64,000 bases of DNA from Eledone cirrhosa (taxonomy: Eukaryota): assembly GCA_964016885.1 (NCBI GenBank), contig OZ024740.1:18104001-18168000 (forward strand), given 5' to 3'. Position numbers and translations under genes: made by a program. Under the pieces are notes generated by a model. The model was not told where the DNA came from and made no database searches. It saw only the letters and a list, made by a program, of their open reading frames with translations. Positions 24,138 through 38,770 of this stretch are shown here, in pieces (position 1 is the stretch's first letter; every line of letters begins with the position of its first letter).

Positions 24138-24357
24138 CCCTTTAGCATTTACATTACTCTATATTTACTACTGTATTTTCACACTAAAGGCTTTATCTCG
24201 CATAATATTTCACATAATATCGAATCTATGAGATTTTGATATTATTTATTTTGAGAACAATACCTTAACATCAATATGAGCGGCCAGTTATGGTCGGTTT
24301 GAATAGAAAGAGGTGAGAGAATTCTAGCCGGATATGGCCGGTTTAAATGCTAAAGGG
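24138..24357. mobile_element. piggyBac-type MITE
   Basis: TTAA-CCCTTTAGCATTTA ... TAAATGCTAAAGGG-TTAA. Confidence 0.85.
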
Positions 24358-24849
24358 TTAATGATCCAGCCACCACAGTGTTCTCAGCCATGATAATCAG
24401 AGACAGATCATACATCTCAAGAAGTTTCTTTCTTCACTCTCTGACGAGGTTTATTTGACTTTAATAGAACTTGCTCCTAGTGCAAGTGGCACCTCCTTCA
24501 GGTGGCTCCCATGGTACGTGCTCCTAGTCCTAGTGGCGCCCATGGTACGTGCTCGTAGTCCTAGTGGCGCCCCCTTCAGGTGGCTCCTATGGCATGTGCC
24601 ATGCTTGCCATACCCTAGTTACACCTCTGTGTTTAGCCCCAGGTCATCTATGATGAAACAGTGTTAAAGCTGTTCCTTCACCGCTACCCACCCTCCCCAG
24701 GGTGCCCCTGTCTGTTTGGACACATAAAACCCTTAGCCAAAACATAGAATATCAAGTGATAATTGATTGTTAGTAATAGCAATAGTTCCTCTTCTGGGTA
24801 TATATCATCCTATTATACTGTTCCCCACCTCACAGCTATATAATAAGGA

Positions 24850-25250
24850 TTTCTTTATTAACCACAAGGGTTTACATCAAGAAAAACATTATGACAGTAC
24901 AGGACGAAAGCATAGAGTGTGTGTGTATGTGTGTGTGTGTGGTGGTGGGGGGGGGGGAACAAATTTTAACAATGTTAAAAAAAAATACAATGAAATTAAA
25001 ACAAAGAACGTTCCTCAGTAGGGAGGAGACTTTCGAGGGTGATTTGTGGGAAAAAACCCCGTAAAACTACGGATGCTCTGGAAAGTTAACAATGTATAAG
25101 TAATGATACATGCATGTGTGTGTATGGAGGCAGAATTTCAGGTGTAGTGCTGGTGAATTTCAGGAAGCATGGAGGTTTTGTAGGATGCTGTGTTCCGACA
25201 GCTAGAAGTATTACAAGTGGCTGAAATGGTTGAGTGCCAGACAAAATGCA
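24850..25250 (-). mobile_element. CR1/L2-type 3' end fragment
   Basis: ttcaggaagcatggaggtttt region shared with the CR1-like copies at 36420 and 45900. Confidence 0.55.
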
Positions 25251-25439
25251 TGCACCACATTCCCCTACCTTCCCCACCAACGTCCTAACACACCCTACCT
25301 TAGACCTTGGGGTCCCGGGGCACTTCGGGTTTGGGGACTCCTCATACAGAAAAATTACAATACACAGCAAACCCCCCACTTTTACATATCAAAGTCACCT
25401 TGGTACAAGTAATTGGAATTGAAATGTTATACATACAAG

Positions 25440-25588
25440 TGTTAAATTCAAAGATTCTAACCATCGTAAAACCAAAATACCCAACTGAGGGCACAAATAA
25501 ATTGCTACAGCCGTCACTGGTGGGGACCTTCACTGCAAGGGGCACAGGGCAATTGGCCCCCTTTCTCCCCCATTAAATCCTACCTTGG
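25440..25588. repeat. Dispersed repeat, probable hAT-type MITE end; second copy at ~63105-63255
   Basis: ttctaaccatc.taaaac.aaaa..cc.actgagggc/tacaaataaattg..ac.gc.gtcactggtgggg shared between both loci. Confidence 0.55.
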
Positions 25589-25839
25589 GTAGCCTGATTA
25601 AAACAAACACTAAGAGATCTAATTAGAGAGAGAATATATCTGACACCACTTAAACAACCAGTGCTATCTGTTTATGTCCTGCATAAAACAATGTCCCATG
25701 ACTCAACATTTTGACAATCAGTAGAATAAGTATATCTACACATAGAAAATATGTAAGAGTTGGTATCAGGAAGGGTACCAACTCTTAGAATACTGCATCA
25801 AAATATTTCACCCAACTCCTGCAGACTTGGAAATATAGA

Positions 25840-25942
25840 TGTAATGATGATGGTGATTATGATGATTATAATGATGGTGATGATGATGATGATGATAATG
25901 AAGAATATGATGATGATGAAGAAGAAAAAGATGAAGATGAAT

Positions 25943-26005
<63 letters not shown>
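25840..26005. repeat. (ATG)n microsatellite
   Basis: Direct inspection. Confidence 0.93.
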
Positions 26006-26403
26006 TCACACAATCACAACACTCAGAAGTATATATATATACATATATATATTTGCTAATAATTAAAGCCATCCTAATAAAAGAGTAGCCAATGCCAAAA
26101 TACCAAATATCTGTGGCTCTAACAGATGAAGACATTGGTAAACACTGCCAGAGACATCATTCTATTGCAATGATTCTACAGACTTTGCAAAACAATGGAA
26201 TATTTCTGCCAAATTTGATCTGAAGACAAAATATAGTCATTGTGTCTTTCATTGATACACTACTGTTTTGATTTATTGGAGATTGGTTGGCACTGTGGAT
26301 ATATGGTGTGTATGTATATATATATATATATATATGTATGTGTATGTACATATATATATATATGTATGTGTGTGTATGTACATATATATATATATTCATA
26401 CAT

Positions 26404-26509
<106 letters not shown>

Positions 26510-26520
26510 ATTTATTCAAT

Positions 26521-27430
<910 letters not shown>

Positions 27431-28193
27431 ATCATCATCATCATCATCATCAACGTTTAACGTCCGTGTTCCACGCTTGCATGGGTTTGGACGGGGGTAG
27501 TCCCACTTGAGGCAAGAGTGATTGTCTTGCTCGCATAGGACTGTCTGGCAGGTTTTCTACAGTTGGATGCCCTTCCTAACACCAACCACATTTACAGTGT
27601 GGGTCTGGGAGGTTTTTACCGTGTTGCCTACACGGCCACATTACAGCGTGGACTGTGTGTTTTTTTTGTCGTGACACCTACACGATCTCATTTGTTTCGG
27701 CCTGGATGGCGCGGCACCAACATAACTTTACATAGGACGGGGTGGTGTGGATGGGTGGGGGTGGTGGCGGGACGGGGTGTATTTTGTTAGAGATGCCTAC
27801 TGGCAAGGCGGGTCTTCTCTGTTACTGAGTACTGCCAAAGGTCTCGGTCCAGTGACATTGTCTTGGAGAGGTGTAAGTGTGTGAGGTCGGAGTTTATCAG
27901 CTCGTCCCAGGTTTTTCTAGGTCTGCCTATTCCGTGGCTACCGTCTATCTTTATTGCCCTGCACTTTGTTATACAGCTATCGACTTTCATGCGTATCACG
28001 TGTCCATACCAACGTAGCCTTCTCTCGAGTAAACAACATCTGATCCCTCTTATCTCTAATTTTTTCCTTAGTTCGTTTATGCTTTGCCGTTCACGTATAT
28101 TACTATTACACATCCAGCGGAGCATGCAAGCTTCGTTCCTCTCTAGTCTGCGTATATCCTCTGCACACAATGCCCAGGTCTCACTGCCATGCA

Positions 28194-28196
<3 letters not shown>
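27431..28196 (-). mobile_element. RTE LINE 3' fragment
   Basis: [38 protein letters not shown]; (GAT)n tail. Confidence 0.85.
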
Positions 28197-28229
<33 letters not shown>

Positions 28230-28902
28230 TTACACAAGTTGCCACGAGATGCTGGCCAAATAACTTTTGATATCAATGGGTTAAAGACATATGTAAAATC
28301 ATTTAGTGGTCAGTTCTTCAGTCTCGAGGGAGAATGAGTCAAATAATGTTTGTACAAGTTGAAAACATGTATGTGCACATATATATAAATCTATATATAC
28401 ACATGTACACACATACACACACTCCCATATATATATATTGAATGAGTGTGAAAGACTAAAGGTCATTATTGAAAGTCCCTGGATGTGTATACTTTTTATT
28501 GGAGAAGGTAAGAACGGTCACTTGCATAAATAACAATATACTATACATTCACAATTATTTAAACATTCAATTATCACATTCTGTACTAACATGTAGTATT
28601 ACTGTACACAGCCAGTAATATGTACAGTATATATACACTATAATTACTAAAAAATACACATTGCTTTCCGCAAAAATTTGATTGCATTGTTTTGTTTTCA
28701 CTTATGTATTTTTTGAAAATGTTACTTATTCATTATAAAAATTAAATTATAGAATTCTATATGTGGATGGGCCCCCTTTATCTCCTGGCAACCAAAATGT
28801 TAGACCCAGTCCGCCACTGTATATATATATACCACATACATATATATATACACATATCGTACATATACATACACACATCATACATATACATATATATATA
28901 TA

Positions 28903-30110
28903 TCATCCTCGTCGTTTAACGTCCAGCTTCATGGGTAGGACGGATTGACCCTTAGGAAGAAAACCAGATCAGAGGACCATGTTTAGCTCACGCGGGGCAG
29001 ATTTTGTCTTGATCTCTACAGCTGGGTGCCCTTCCTACCACCAACCACATTTGTAGTCTGTGCTGGGCACTTTTTGTTGTGACACCTACACGACTACATT
29101 ACAGTGTGGACTGGGTACTTTTTGTTGTGACACCTACATGACCACTTTACAGTGTCGACTGGGCACTTTTTGTTGTGACACCTACATGAGCACATTACAG
29201 TGTGGACTGGGCACTTTTTGTTGTGACACCTACATGACCACATTACAGTGTGGACTGGGCATTTTTTGTTGTGACACCGATATGACCGCTTTACAGTGTG
29301 GAATGGGTACTTTTTGTTGTGACACCTACATGACCACTTTACAGTGTGGACTGGGCACTTTTTGTTGTGACACCTACATGACCACATTACAGTGTGGACT
29401 GGGCACTTTTTGTTGTGACACCGATATGACCGCTTTACAGTGGGGAATGGGTACTTTTTGTTGTGACACCTACATGACCACTTTACAGTGTGGACTGGGC
29501 ACTTTTTGTTGTGACACCTACATGACCACATTACAGTGTGTACTGGGTACTTTTTGTTGTGACACCTACATGACCACATTACAGTGTGGACTGGGCACTT
29601 TTTGTTGTGACACCTACATGACCACTTTACAGTGTGGACTGGGCACTTTTTGTTGTGACACCTACATGACCACATTACAGTGTGTACTGGGTACTTTTTG
29701 TTGTGACACCTACATGACCACATTACAGTGTGTACTGGGTACTTTTTGTTGTGACACCTACATGACCACTTTACAGTGTGGACTGGGCACTTTTTGTTGT
29801 GACACCGATATGACCGCTTTTGTGTTGGGACTAGGGAGGGGGGAGGAAGCTTGGAGAAAATGTAGACAGGGTAATAGGGGAGGGATGGTTACCACAAAGG
29901 GAGGTGAATGAGAGGGGATAGAAGGTTGAGGAAGGTGTTGCCTACTAGGTATAAGCTTCAGCCTAGGAATAATAGAGGGCAGGGTCTTCTGCAATACTGC
30001 ATTGCGCCAGAGGTTGCGGTCCTGTGCCATTGCTCTTGAGGGGTGTAATTGTGCAAGGTCACCTTTTATTACCTCATCCCAAGTCTTCCTAGGCCTGCCC
30101 ACTCCACGGC
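28903..30110 (-). mobile_element. RTE 3' fragment with expanded internal minisatellite
   Basis: GRPRKTWDEVIKGDL at ~30050-30100; 3' UTR like 27431-27790. Confidence 0.75.
29060..29820. repeat. 48-bp minisatellite, ~16 units
   Basis: tgtggactgggcactttttgttgtgacacctacatgaccacattacag repeated without spacers. Confidence 0.95.
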
Positions 30111-30377
30111 TATTTTGAGCGCTCTATATATATGTGTGTATGTATATATATGTATAAGTGTCTGCATGTGTATATATATATGTGAGTGAGTGTCTGTGTG
30201 TGTATGTATGTATATATATATATATATACGTATGTGTCTGTATGTGTATATACGTATATGTCTGTATATATATACGTATGTGTCTGTATATATGTATATA
30301 TATACACTTATGTGTCTGTATGTGTATGTATATGTGAGTAAGTCTCTGTGTATGTATATATGTATGTATGTATATAT

Positions 30378-30608
30378 ATTTTACGTCCGCTTTTCCCTGC
30401 TTGCAAGGGTGGGACAGGTCTTATTCAGCACAGCATCTTTCCACTTGTCACGGTCCTTCGTCATCTCCACCATGAGCTTCAGCGATCTGAGGTCTGTTCT
30501 CACCACCTCCGTCCATGTTTTTCGTGGTCTACTTCTACCACGTCTTCCTTCAACTGGCATTTCCTGGCACTTCTTCACCCATCGGTCATCCTCCATGCAC
30601 ATCACATG
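30378..30608 (-). mobile_element. RTE LINE 3' end (same family as 58735-61464)
   Basis: [38 protein letters not shown]. Confidence 0.85.
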
Positions 30609-30668
30609 TGTATATATATATGTGAGTATATATATATGTGAGTGAGTGTCTGTGTGTGTATATATGTG

Positions 30669-30703
<35 letters not shown>

Positions 30704-30732
30704 CTGCATGTGTATATATATATATATATATA

Positions 30733-31415
30733 TCATCATCATCATCATCATCATCACCGTTTTACGTCCGTTCTTCCACGCTAGCATGGGTTAGACGGGT
30801 TGTCCTGTTGTGGGCAGTGTCCGGTTGGCTGACCTTGTCTTGCTCATACGGGAACTGATTCTGGCTTGATTTCTACAGCTGGATGCCCTTTCTAACACCA
30901 ACCTCATTTACAGTGAGTGCTGGGTGCTTTTTTTCTGTGGCACCTCCACATCCACTTCACAGTGTGGGCTGGGTGCTTTTTTGCCGTGGCACCTCCACGA
31001 CCACTTTGCAGTGGGAGGGTGTGGAGGCATATTGTCTATATGCTTCAGCTTCGGCTTGTACCCGTGGGTGGTCGGGTCTTCTGTATTACTTTGTGAACCC
31101 AGAGGTCATGGTCGTGTGTCATCGCCTCTGAGAGGTGTAATTGTGTAAGGTCGGCTTTTATCACCTCATCCCAGGTCTTCTTGGGTCTCCCCACTCCATG
31201 GTTTCCATCGACTCTGCACCTTTTTATGCAGCTGTCATCCTTCATACACATCACATGTCCATACCAACGCAACCGCCTCTCCTGCACACAGCATTTAATT
31301 CCTCTTATGCTCAGTCTCTCTATCAATTCATTTATGCTTTGCCGTTTGCGTATATTACTATTACACATCCATCGAAGCATGCAGGCTTCGTTTCTTTCTA
31401 ATCTACGCAAGTCTG
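30733..31415 (-). mobile_element. RTE LINE 3' fragment
   Basis: [31 protein letters not shown]; (GAT)n tail. Confidence 0.82.
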
Positions 31416-31459
31416 CATGTATATATGTGAGTGAGTGTCTGTGAGTGTATATATGTGTG

Positions 31460-31529
<70 letters not shown>

Positions 31530-31535
<6 letters not shown>

Positions 31536-31891
31536 TAAACGGAATAGAAAATGCTGACAAATTGTTCACAGTTGAAAAATGGTTTAATTAGGAATAAAAG
31601 AGTATTAGTGATTGTATGGGTTAGTATTCAGTTGTGGTTTTAAGTTTTTAAGTTTTTACCGGTTGCGCATTTCTAAATGCTTTTCAAAAATAATTTTGAG
31701 ATAGAGTGTCCGTGCTGTTTGCTCTGATCTGATTAGTTTTGGGAATTCTACCTGTTTTTATGTTAAAAAAATGGCTCCAGCGTTATTTTTGTGTTGCAAA
31801 AATGCTTGTGGTCAAACAATTTTGATTGGTCGGTAGAGGTCATGTGAATGTAAACAATTTGTCAGCATTTTCTATTCCGTTTACCAATATA
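31530..31891. mobile_element. MITE-like element with ~40-bp terminal inverted repeats in (TA)n
   Basis: atattggtaaacggaatagaaaatgctgacaaattgtt / aacaatttgtcagcattttctattccgtttaccaatat. Confidence 0.75.
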
Positions 31892-31922
31892 TAATAACTT
31901 GTGTGTTACACCTCTATTCTTT

Positions 31923-31969
<47 letters not shown>

Positions 31970-31995
31970 AGATTTGAATGGATACAGTTTAGTTG

Positions 31996-33745
31996 AAAGG
32001 AATTTATTGACAATGACCCTAAAATTAGATTAATCTGCCCCTCTAAATCAGATATAGGTAAAATAAGCAAATATATCTTAGATAGAATTATCCCCCAAAT
32101 TAAGGCTAAGGTTAACATTAAACTCTGGGGGAAGACCCAAGAAGCAATAAGATGGTTTAATAGCATTAGCAATAAGAATAAATCTAAGTTTATCCAGTTT
32201 GATATCGATGAATATTACTCATCGATATCACCTGAAACTTTGAATAGAGCCATTAAGTTTGCTAAGGATAACTCTGACCTTACAAACGATGAAATTAAGA
32301 TTATATTAGAAGCTAGGAAAACTATAGTCAAATTTGAGAACAGTTATTGGGTACGTAAAGATAGACCCTCTAACTTTGACATAACAATGGGCTCTAACGA
32401 TTCGGCGGAAATAACTGATATTGTGGGGTTATTTATCGCCTTTAGACTCCAGGAAAAATTCAGCAATCTCCACGGCGGAATATACCGCGACGATGTTCTC
32501 CTCCTAGTTAAAAACCTAAATAACCAAAAACTAGAAAAACTACGCAAAGATATAAGAAAACTACTACTCGAAATAGGACTAACATATGAATACAACCTTA
32601 AAGTAGTTAACTTCCTGGATGTCACACTCAATTTAAACTCTGGTCTGATTAAACCGTTTCATAAATTGAATGAAAATCTCAAATACGTAAATGTTGGGTC
32701 TAACCACCCCATCTCTATAATTAAATCTATCCCTAAAAATATTTCCCTTAGAATCTCGGGTCTATCTTCTAACATACAAGTATTTAAGGAACACGCCGAA
32801 TACTACGATAACGCCCTTAGTAAAGCAGGCCACCTCAACAAAATAGAGTATATAGATGGGAACAATCAAAACACCCAAAATAAATCCCACATAGGTAGAT
32901 ATAATAACACAACACCAAACCACACTTACTACCATAGTATGCACACCAGTAAACCAACAAACAAAACTAATAGAAAGTGATGCAAAGAGTACTTATGGTA
33001 TAACACCGAATACAATAGTTCCATTAGTACAAATCTACCAGTACTCTTCTTTAAAATAATTAAGAGACATTTTCCTACATCACACTAATACCACAAAATC
33101 CTAAACCCTACCACTATAAGACTGTCATACTCTACAGCGTTAAACCTTGAACAACACATAAAAAAGATCAATACTAGAAGGTTAAACGAAAACACTAAAA
33201 ACTTAAGTACAAAGAACACAAAAAAAACAGTAGACAATACACTACAGAACATAAATAAACCACACCTAAGTTCGTCCGCAATACTACTCCAGAGAAAACC
33301 CAACGTACACAACTGTAACTGCACCTATCCTGACAACTGCCTCCTCGGCAATAACTGCCTGGAAAAAAATATTATTTATAAGTGTACCATTAAATCCGGA
33401 GGCAACGAGTGGTATTACGTGGGATCAACGGCAACATCGTTTAAATCTCGATTATATAGGCATTCTTACTCAATAAAACACCAGAGCCAAAGAAATGTAA
33501 CAACTTTAGCAGAAAAAGCTTGGACGCTCAGGGATAGCGATCAAAAGTTTACCCTAAAATGGGAGAAATTAGCTAAAACCCAAAGCTTTTCCAGGAGCCA
33601 AAATTTCTGCAAATTGTGTAATCTTGAGATTTATTACATAATCACACACAAGAAGAAATTGCTGAATAACAGAATTGAACGAACATTATTTTGCCGTCAC
33701 CGAACTAAAACCCTTTTTTCCCACTACAAGCCGAATATTACATAA
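31996..33745 (+). pseudogene. PLE RT and GIY-YIG endonuclease, two in-frame stops
   Basis: IRLICPSKSDIGKISK, QFDIDEYYSSI, ITMGS, IYRDD, FLDVTL, SNHP, CNC..NCLLGNNC, IIYKC..YYVGSTATSFKSR..H. Confidence 0.88.
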
Positions 33746-34022
33746 AAGAGGGACATCCCCCCCAACTATATAAACCTCAATCTAGTTAGAAAAATATAAA
33801 AACAATTTCTTCTCAACATATATATGTAAATTAATAACCTCAAATTACCACACTAATAATGGAAAGATATGCTGATGAGAATAGGTGCAAAAATGCGATA
33901 ATGAATGTGTCTAAAAGCGACCATAAGTATGTATATATATGTGAAAATGTATATAAATAAGTAAATATATATATATGTTTGATGTGTATAGTTAGATGTA
34001 AGTGTATTCATGTATTAAAGTG

Positions 34023-34084
<62 letters not shown>

Positions 34085-34632
34085 TGTATATGTATGTGTA
34101 TATATGTACACATAGACTAGAGTATGTATGTATATATGTGTGTGTCTATACGTGTGTATATAAAGATAAGTTGAGTATGAAAATGTACACACATGAACGC
34201 GTATGTATGTACATGAATACATGTGTGTATATATATATGTATGCATGTGTATATGTATGTAAGTATGAACATGTTACTATGTGAATGTGAGTATATGTAT
34301 TTTGTAGAGGGGTGCAAATATGTTTGTGTGAGAATGCGTGGGTGAAAGGATACGTACACTGGAAAGAAAAAATTTAAGTCTGAATGTTAATTAAGTGCAA
34401 ACACAAAACCAACCACGCATATCTTTACTATCTCTAATCCCTCTATAGATTTAGAAAAATAACCAATAATATATTCTATAAATATGTCAAAACAACAGAT
34501 GGGAATCTAATTACTCACTGCCACCAAAAATTCTCACTGCTATCAAAAAACCACTCCCTCAACTATTCTTCTAACAACTTCACCCCTCTCTCCTAATATT
34601 CTCTATAAAAACCAAACAGGTCCTCAGTAATA

Positions 34633-34749
34633 TTATTCTGATGAAATGACAGTAAATAATAACATTGAAATATTGATTGTCTGCATCATACTTTGTAGAT
34701 AGCAGCTGTTTTCAGGTTATGTAACTGTTATAGAAACACGTGTCAATAA
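34633..34749 (+). ncRNA. Type I hammerhead ribozyme with long stem II insert
   Basis: TTATT CTGATGA aatgacagt..~70 nt..actgttata GAAA CACGTG TC AATAA. Confidence 0.75.
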
Positions 34750-35314
34750 ATTCCTTTCAACTAAACTGTATCCATTCAAATCTTTCTATTTTTCTCCGGA
34801 TTACTTTTGGAATTTCAACTGGAACCGTCGAGCAAACTCTACGTGAGCTGTCAATCTACTGTGTGTAATATTTATATTACAACACAACGGAAAATACTGT
34901 ATATATATATATATATATCTTTTTTGTCCTGCATGGTGTCCAAAATCCCCCCTCCTCACCAAGTAAACTTGGTGGGGTTGCCGGTTTAGTCGCCGACGAC
35001 CCGACCATGTGACAGGCTGTACGGGGTTACATGTTACCAGTAGCACTCAAGAGTGACCCGACATATAAAACAAAACCTGACAAAGGGCAGAAGAACTCAT
35101 AAAAGTCAACAGCCATCCAAAAGTGTATAAATATGTGTATACACATGTACATACTGTATGTATGTATATGTATATGTGTATAAACATGGGTGCATGTGTA
35201 TGTATATGTGCGGGGACATAAAAATAGTTTGGCTGTTAAACCACTGGGAGTGAAGGACCCTAGCCTTTGTCAGGGCATTGATCTCGGAGAAGGCAACTCA
35301 GGAAACTGGGATAA

Positions 35315-36616
35315 CTCCTGCTGTGATCAACTTATCGAGTTTCTTGAAGACATCACCCGGATCACTGATGGCGGCTCATGGGTGGATGTTGTTTACCATG
35401 ACTTTGCTAAAGCTTTCAATTCTGTGCCACACAAAAAGCTTATGGCAAAACTCTCTGCAATGGGTGTGAAGGATGATCTTTTTAACTGGTTAAAGTCACA
35501 GTCGAAGAGAGGTAGTCACGGTTCTGGGACAGCATTCCTCACCATATGAGATGTCATCTGGTGTACCACAGGGATCTGTTCTTGGCCCCCTTTTGTTTGT
35601 GGCATATATTAATGACATAGATGCCAACTTAAAGAATGCCACAGTACTGAAATATGCAGATGACATCAAGGTGTACCTTGAGATAAAAAGGACAGATCCT
35701 GAACACTATAGATCTTGCTTGCAGTCTGACCTGGACACAATCCAACAATGGATCTCAGACTGGCAACTCAAGCTGGCTCTGGACAAGTGTACCACCATGC
35801 ATTTTGGGAGTAAAAACCCAGCATCCACATACTCCCGCCACAACACTAATATCAAGAAGTCTTCTTGTTAACGTGACCTGGGGATTACGGTCAACAGCGA
35901 TTTGCGTTGGACGAAGCACATCTCTAAAATTGTCAAGAAGGCCGAGGGTGTCTTAGCATCACTCAGCAAGACCTTTGTCAGCCATTCTCTAGCTATCTAT
36001 TTAAGGCTGTACATGGCTATGGTGTGGCTACAGTTAGAATTTGCATCACCAGTCTGGGACCCCTATTTGATCAGAACATTGACCTCCTGGAAACTCTTCA
36101 GAGACGTGCAACCAAGCGAATACCCTCCATCAGGTATATACCATACTCTGAGCACCTTGCTTCCCCGGGCATGGATACATTGAAGCTCCGATGTCTGGCA
36201 ACTGACTTGGTAAACGCCCACAAAATTGTTAACCATCTTGCCAACAACAACCCTGAGTACCTTTTTGATTTCCATGTGTCTAACACACGTGGACATACCC
36301 ACAAAGTCAGAAAATAGCACAGTTCCCATGACTTTCGGAAACATTTTTTCACGCTCAGAGTTGCTGAAGCATGGAACAAACTACCTGCATCAGTTGTTAG
36401 CTGTCGAGACACTGCATCCTTTAAAACCTCCATGCTTCCTGAGATTCGCCAACACTACACCTAATGTTCCCCCTCCTTACACATACACACATGTATATCA
36501 TGACTCATACACTATTCACTTCCCTGACATTTGTATATTATTCTATGTACTATACATGCACCTTTAACGAGTTGTAGTGCACTGAGCACTTTACACAATA
36601 ATTTCATTATTATTAT
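35315..36616 (+). mobile_element. 5'-truncated CR1/L2-group LINE
   Basis: VDVVYHDFAKAFNSVPH, SGVPQGSVLGPLLF, KYADD, QRRATKRIP, NTRGH; (ATT)n tail. Confidence 0.9.
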
Positions 36617-36931
36617 AAAACCTGTGACCGGTGGTGTTGATCTTTTCTTCTTTTCGGGTTATAGCTACTGTCGCTCAGAGAGTGGGATTGGCTCAGTGCA
36701 CAGTTTTTCCTCTCTTTAAAAAATATCTTCATGCACAGGCATTGCTCAATGGAATTAATTAATAATTATTAATAATTGTATATCGTACAATGGCCATACT
36801 CGATAACGAGGGGGCAGCCATCATATATATATATATATATGTGTCTGTATGTATATATATATCTGTATGTGTATATATATGTGAGTGTATGTGTATGAGT
36901 GTATATATGTGTATATGTATATATATATATA

Positions 36932-37809
36932 CAGGGTGCGGATGATATTTGTTTGCAAGATTACTGTCTAGGAAAAAATAACACAGTAGTTTTATTTTTT
37001 AAGATATATTTATCAAACTTGGGTCAGTTTCTCTTCATGACTTGTTCTTTCGATCTCACTCGATACACCCGCCATTGGCTTTGATGACAGCCTCAAGGCA
37101 GCCTTGGAACTGGCTACAGGCCTTCATCACTGTCCCCCGACTTAGGCCCCTAAAGGCACTTGTGATCCTGGCCTTCAGATCGTCTTTCGTATTGCAGCTA
37201 GATCTGTTGGTGTCTCGTTCCACTGCACCCCACACAAAGAAGTCGAGGGGGTTGCAGTCAGGCGAGCTGGGAGGCCAGATGTCAGGTGAAGTGTGGTCGA
37301 TGAAGTTCTCTGACAGCCAGGCTTGGGTCTTTCGGCTGTTATGGCAGGACACTGAGTCTTGCTGCCACACATACGGCCTACCTGCAGCTACCTGGTCGAT
37401 CCAGGGCTTTACTACCTCGCTCAGAACATGGATGTAGCCATCGGTGTTCAGCTTGAGGCCCTCAGGGAAGAAGTGAGGTGGCATGACGTCACCTTGACTG
37501 CTGACGACACCTAAGACCAATGTTGTCGCTGGAAACTTTGTCTGCATGACTCTGGGCACGTCTTTGGATGAGACACCATTCTCCTGCTGACGCTGAGAAA
37601 GTCTGAAATTTCCTTATTTGTCCTCCCGGCGCAGATTCCAAGAAGAACTCCGTGTCTCTTCCACAAATTTGGAGGTTCAAAATTATTCATAATTAATTAT
37701 TCTGAAAATAAATGATGGAAATATAGTCACTGTTTTTATGAAGACAAGAGTGTCAACGGAAGTAAAAAAAATTTGCATAAAATTGCGAACAAATATCGTC
37801 CTCACCCTG
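36932..37809 (-). mobile_element. Internally deleted Tc1/mariner-superfamily element, DD37D (maT) type
   Basis: TA-CAGGGTG..GAYGATATTTGTT TIRs; ORF 37056..37559 with QQD-37aa-NPLD and WPPSSPDCNPLD. Confidence 0.88.
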
Positions 37810-37865
37810 TATATGTGTGTCTGTATGTGTATATATATGTGAGTGAGTGTGTGTGTATATATGTG

Positions 37866-37958
<93 letters not shown>

Positions 37959-38723
37959 CTGTATGTGTATATATATATATATGTGAGTGTGTGTGTGAGT
38001 GTATATATGTGTGTATATATATATATATAATATAGGTAAGTTATTCCGGGTTGAATCGGAGGTAACCACAGTAAGTAAGGTACTCAATACATAGCAGAGT
38101 ATAAAACTATATATAATATATATATATATATTTCTTCCCTTTTCAATCATATAAATATAAATATTCTTACTTAACTCAGTTAATTTAATTTAATTTAATT
38201 TTAAATACATATATATATACATAAAATACAAAACCAATATCCCTCATAACTCATTAGAACAACTATCTATTCTATAACATGATATACCCATCTATTTATT
38301 TATTTATTTATTTATCTACTTATAACAGAAGAAAAATATTATATTATAAACACATTTTAAACAACTAATAATCGTTAAATATCCCTTTAATATAAATACA
38401 CATACTATTAAGATATATACTTACATATATACATAGATAATTGTTCGAATATATTTCCGTAAAATTAACGTTATATGAGTTTTTTTTTTATTCATCTTCG
38501 CTTTTTTCCTTCTCTCTCTCTCACTATTTTGTCCTTCTCTCTTCTCTCTTCTCTCTCTCCACAGTCGTTTAAATAAACGGTTGTTTTTCAATTATTTACA
38601 TATCATTTGCATATTCACCCATAAGTTTGAAAAATCCCTAATACATTTCCACTATCCAGTGAATATCCAACTGATAAGGTATGATTTCCTGGGTATGTCT
38701 GTATTTATAAAACAAACTTTGTA

Positions 38724-38770
38724 TTTTATCTGAAGAAAGGGTACCAAAGTGTTTTGGTACACTTGAAATA
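38724..38770 (+). ncRNA. HHR family A, 5' part; completed at 39937-39948 after the Helitron
   Basis: ttttat CTGAAGA aagggtaccaaa-gtgt-tttggtacactt GAAA TA | TATA TA ataaaa. Confidence 0.75.

Larger units (their letters stand above)
31966..34895 (+). mobile_element. 5'-truncated Penelope-like element with terminal HHR
   Basis: RT, Cys-rich linker, GIY-YIG ORF followed by 3' UTR and HHR at 34633. Confidence 0.85.

Noticed and set aside
24441-24680. CTGACGA ... GAAACAG..CTGTT as an extended HHR
   Set aside because: No stem I complementarity and the halves are >200 nt apart.
29060-29911. CRISPR-like array or Cys-rich 283-aa protein
   Set aside because: Contiguous 48-bp units with no unique spacers, inside a retroelement UTR; the ORF follows from unit length.
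32978-32980. In-frame TGA in the PLE ORF as selenocysteine (as in Naiad PLEs)
   Set aside because: Endonuclease is C-terminal, a TAA also interrupts the frame shortly after, and no SECIS was recognised.
33872-33920. CTGATGA as an HHR core
   Set aside because: No matching GAAA/stem III/UH arrangement nearby.
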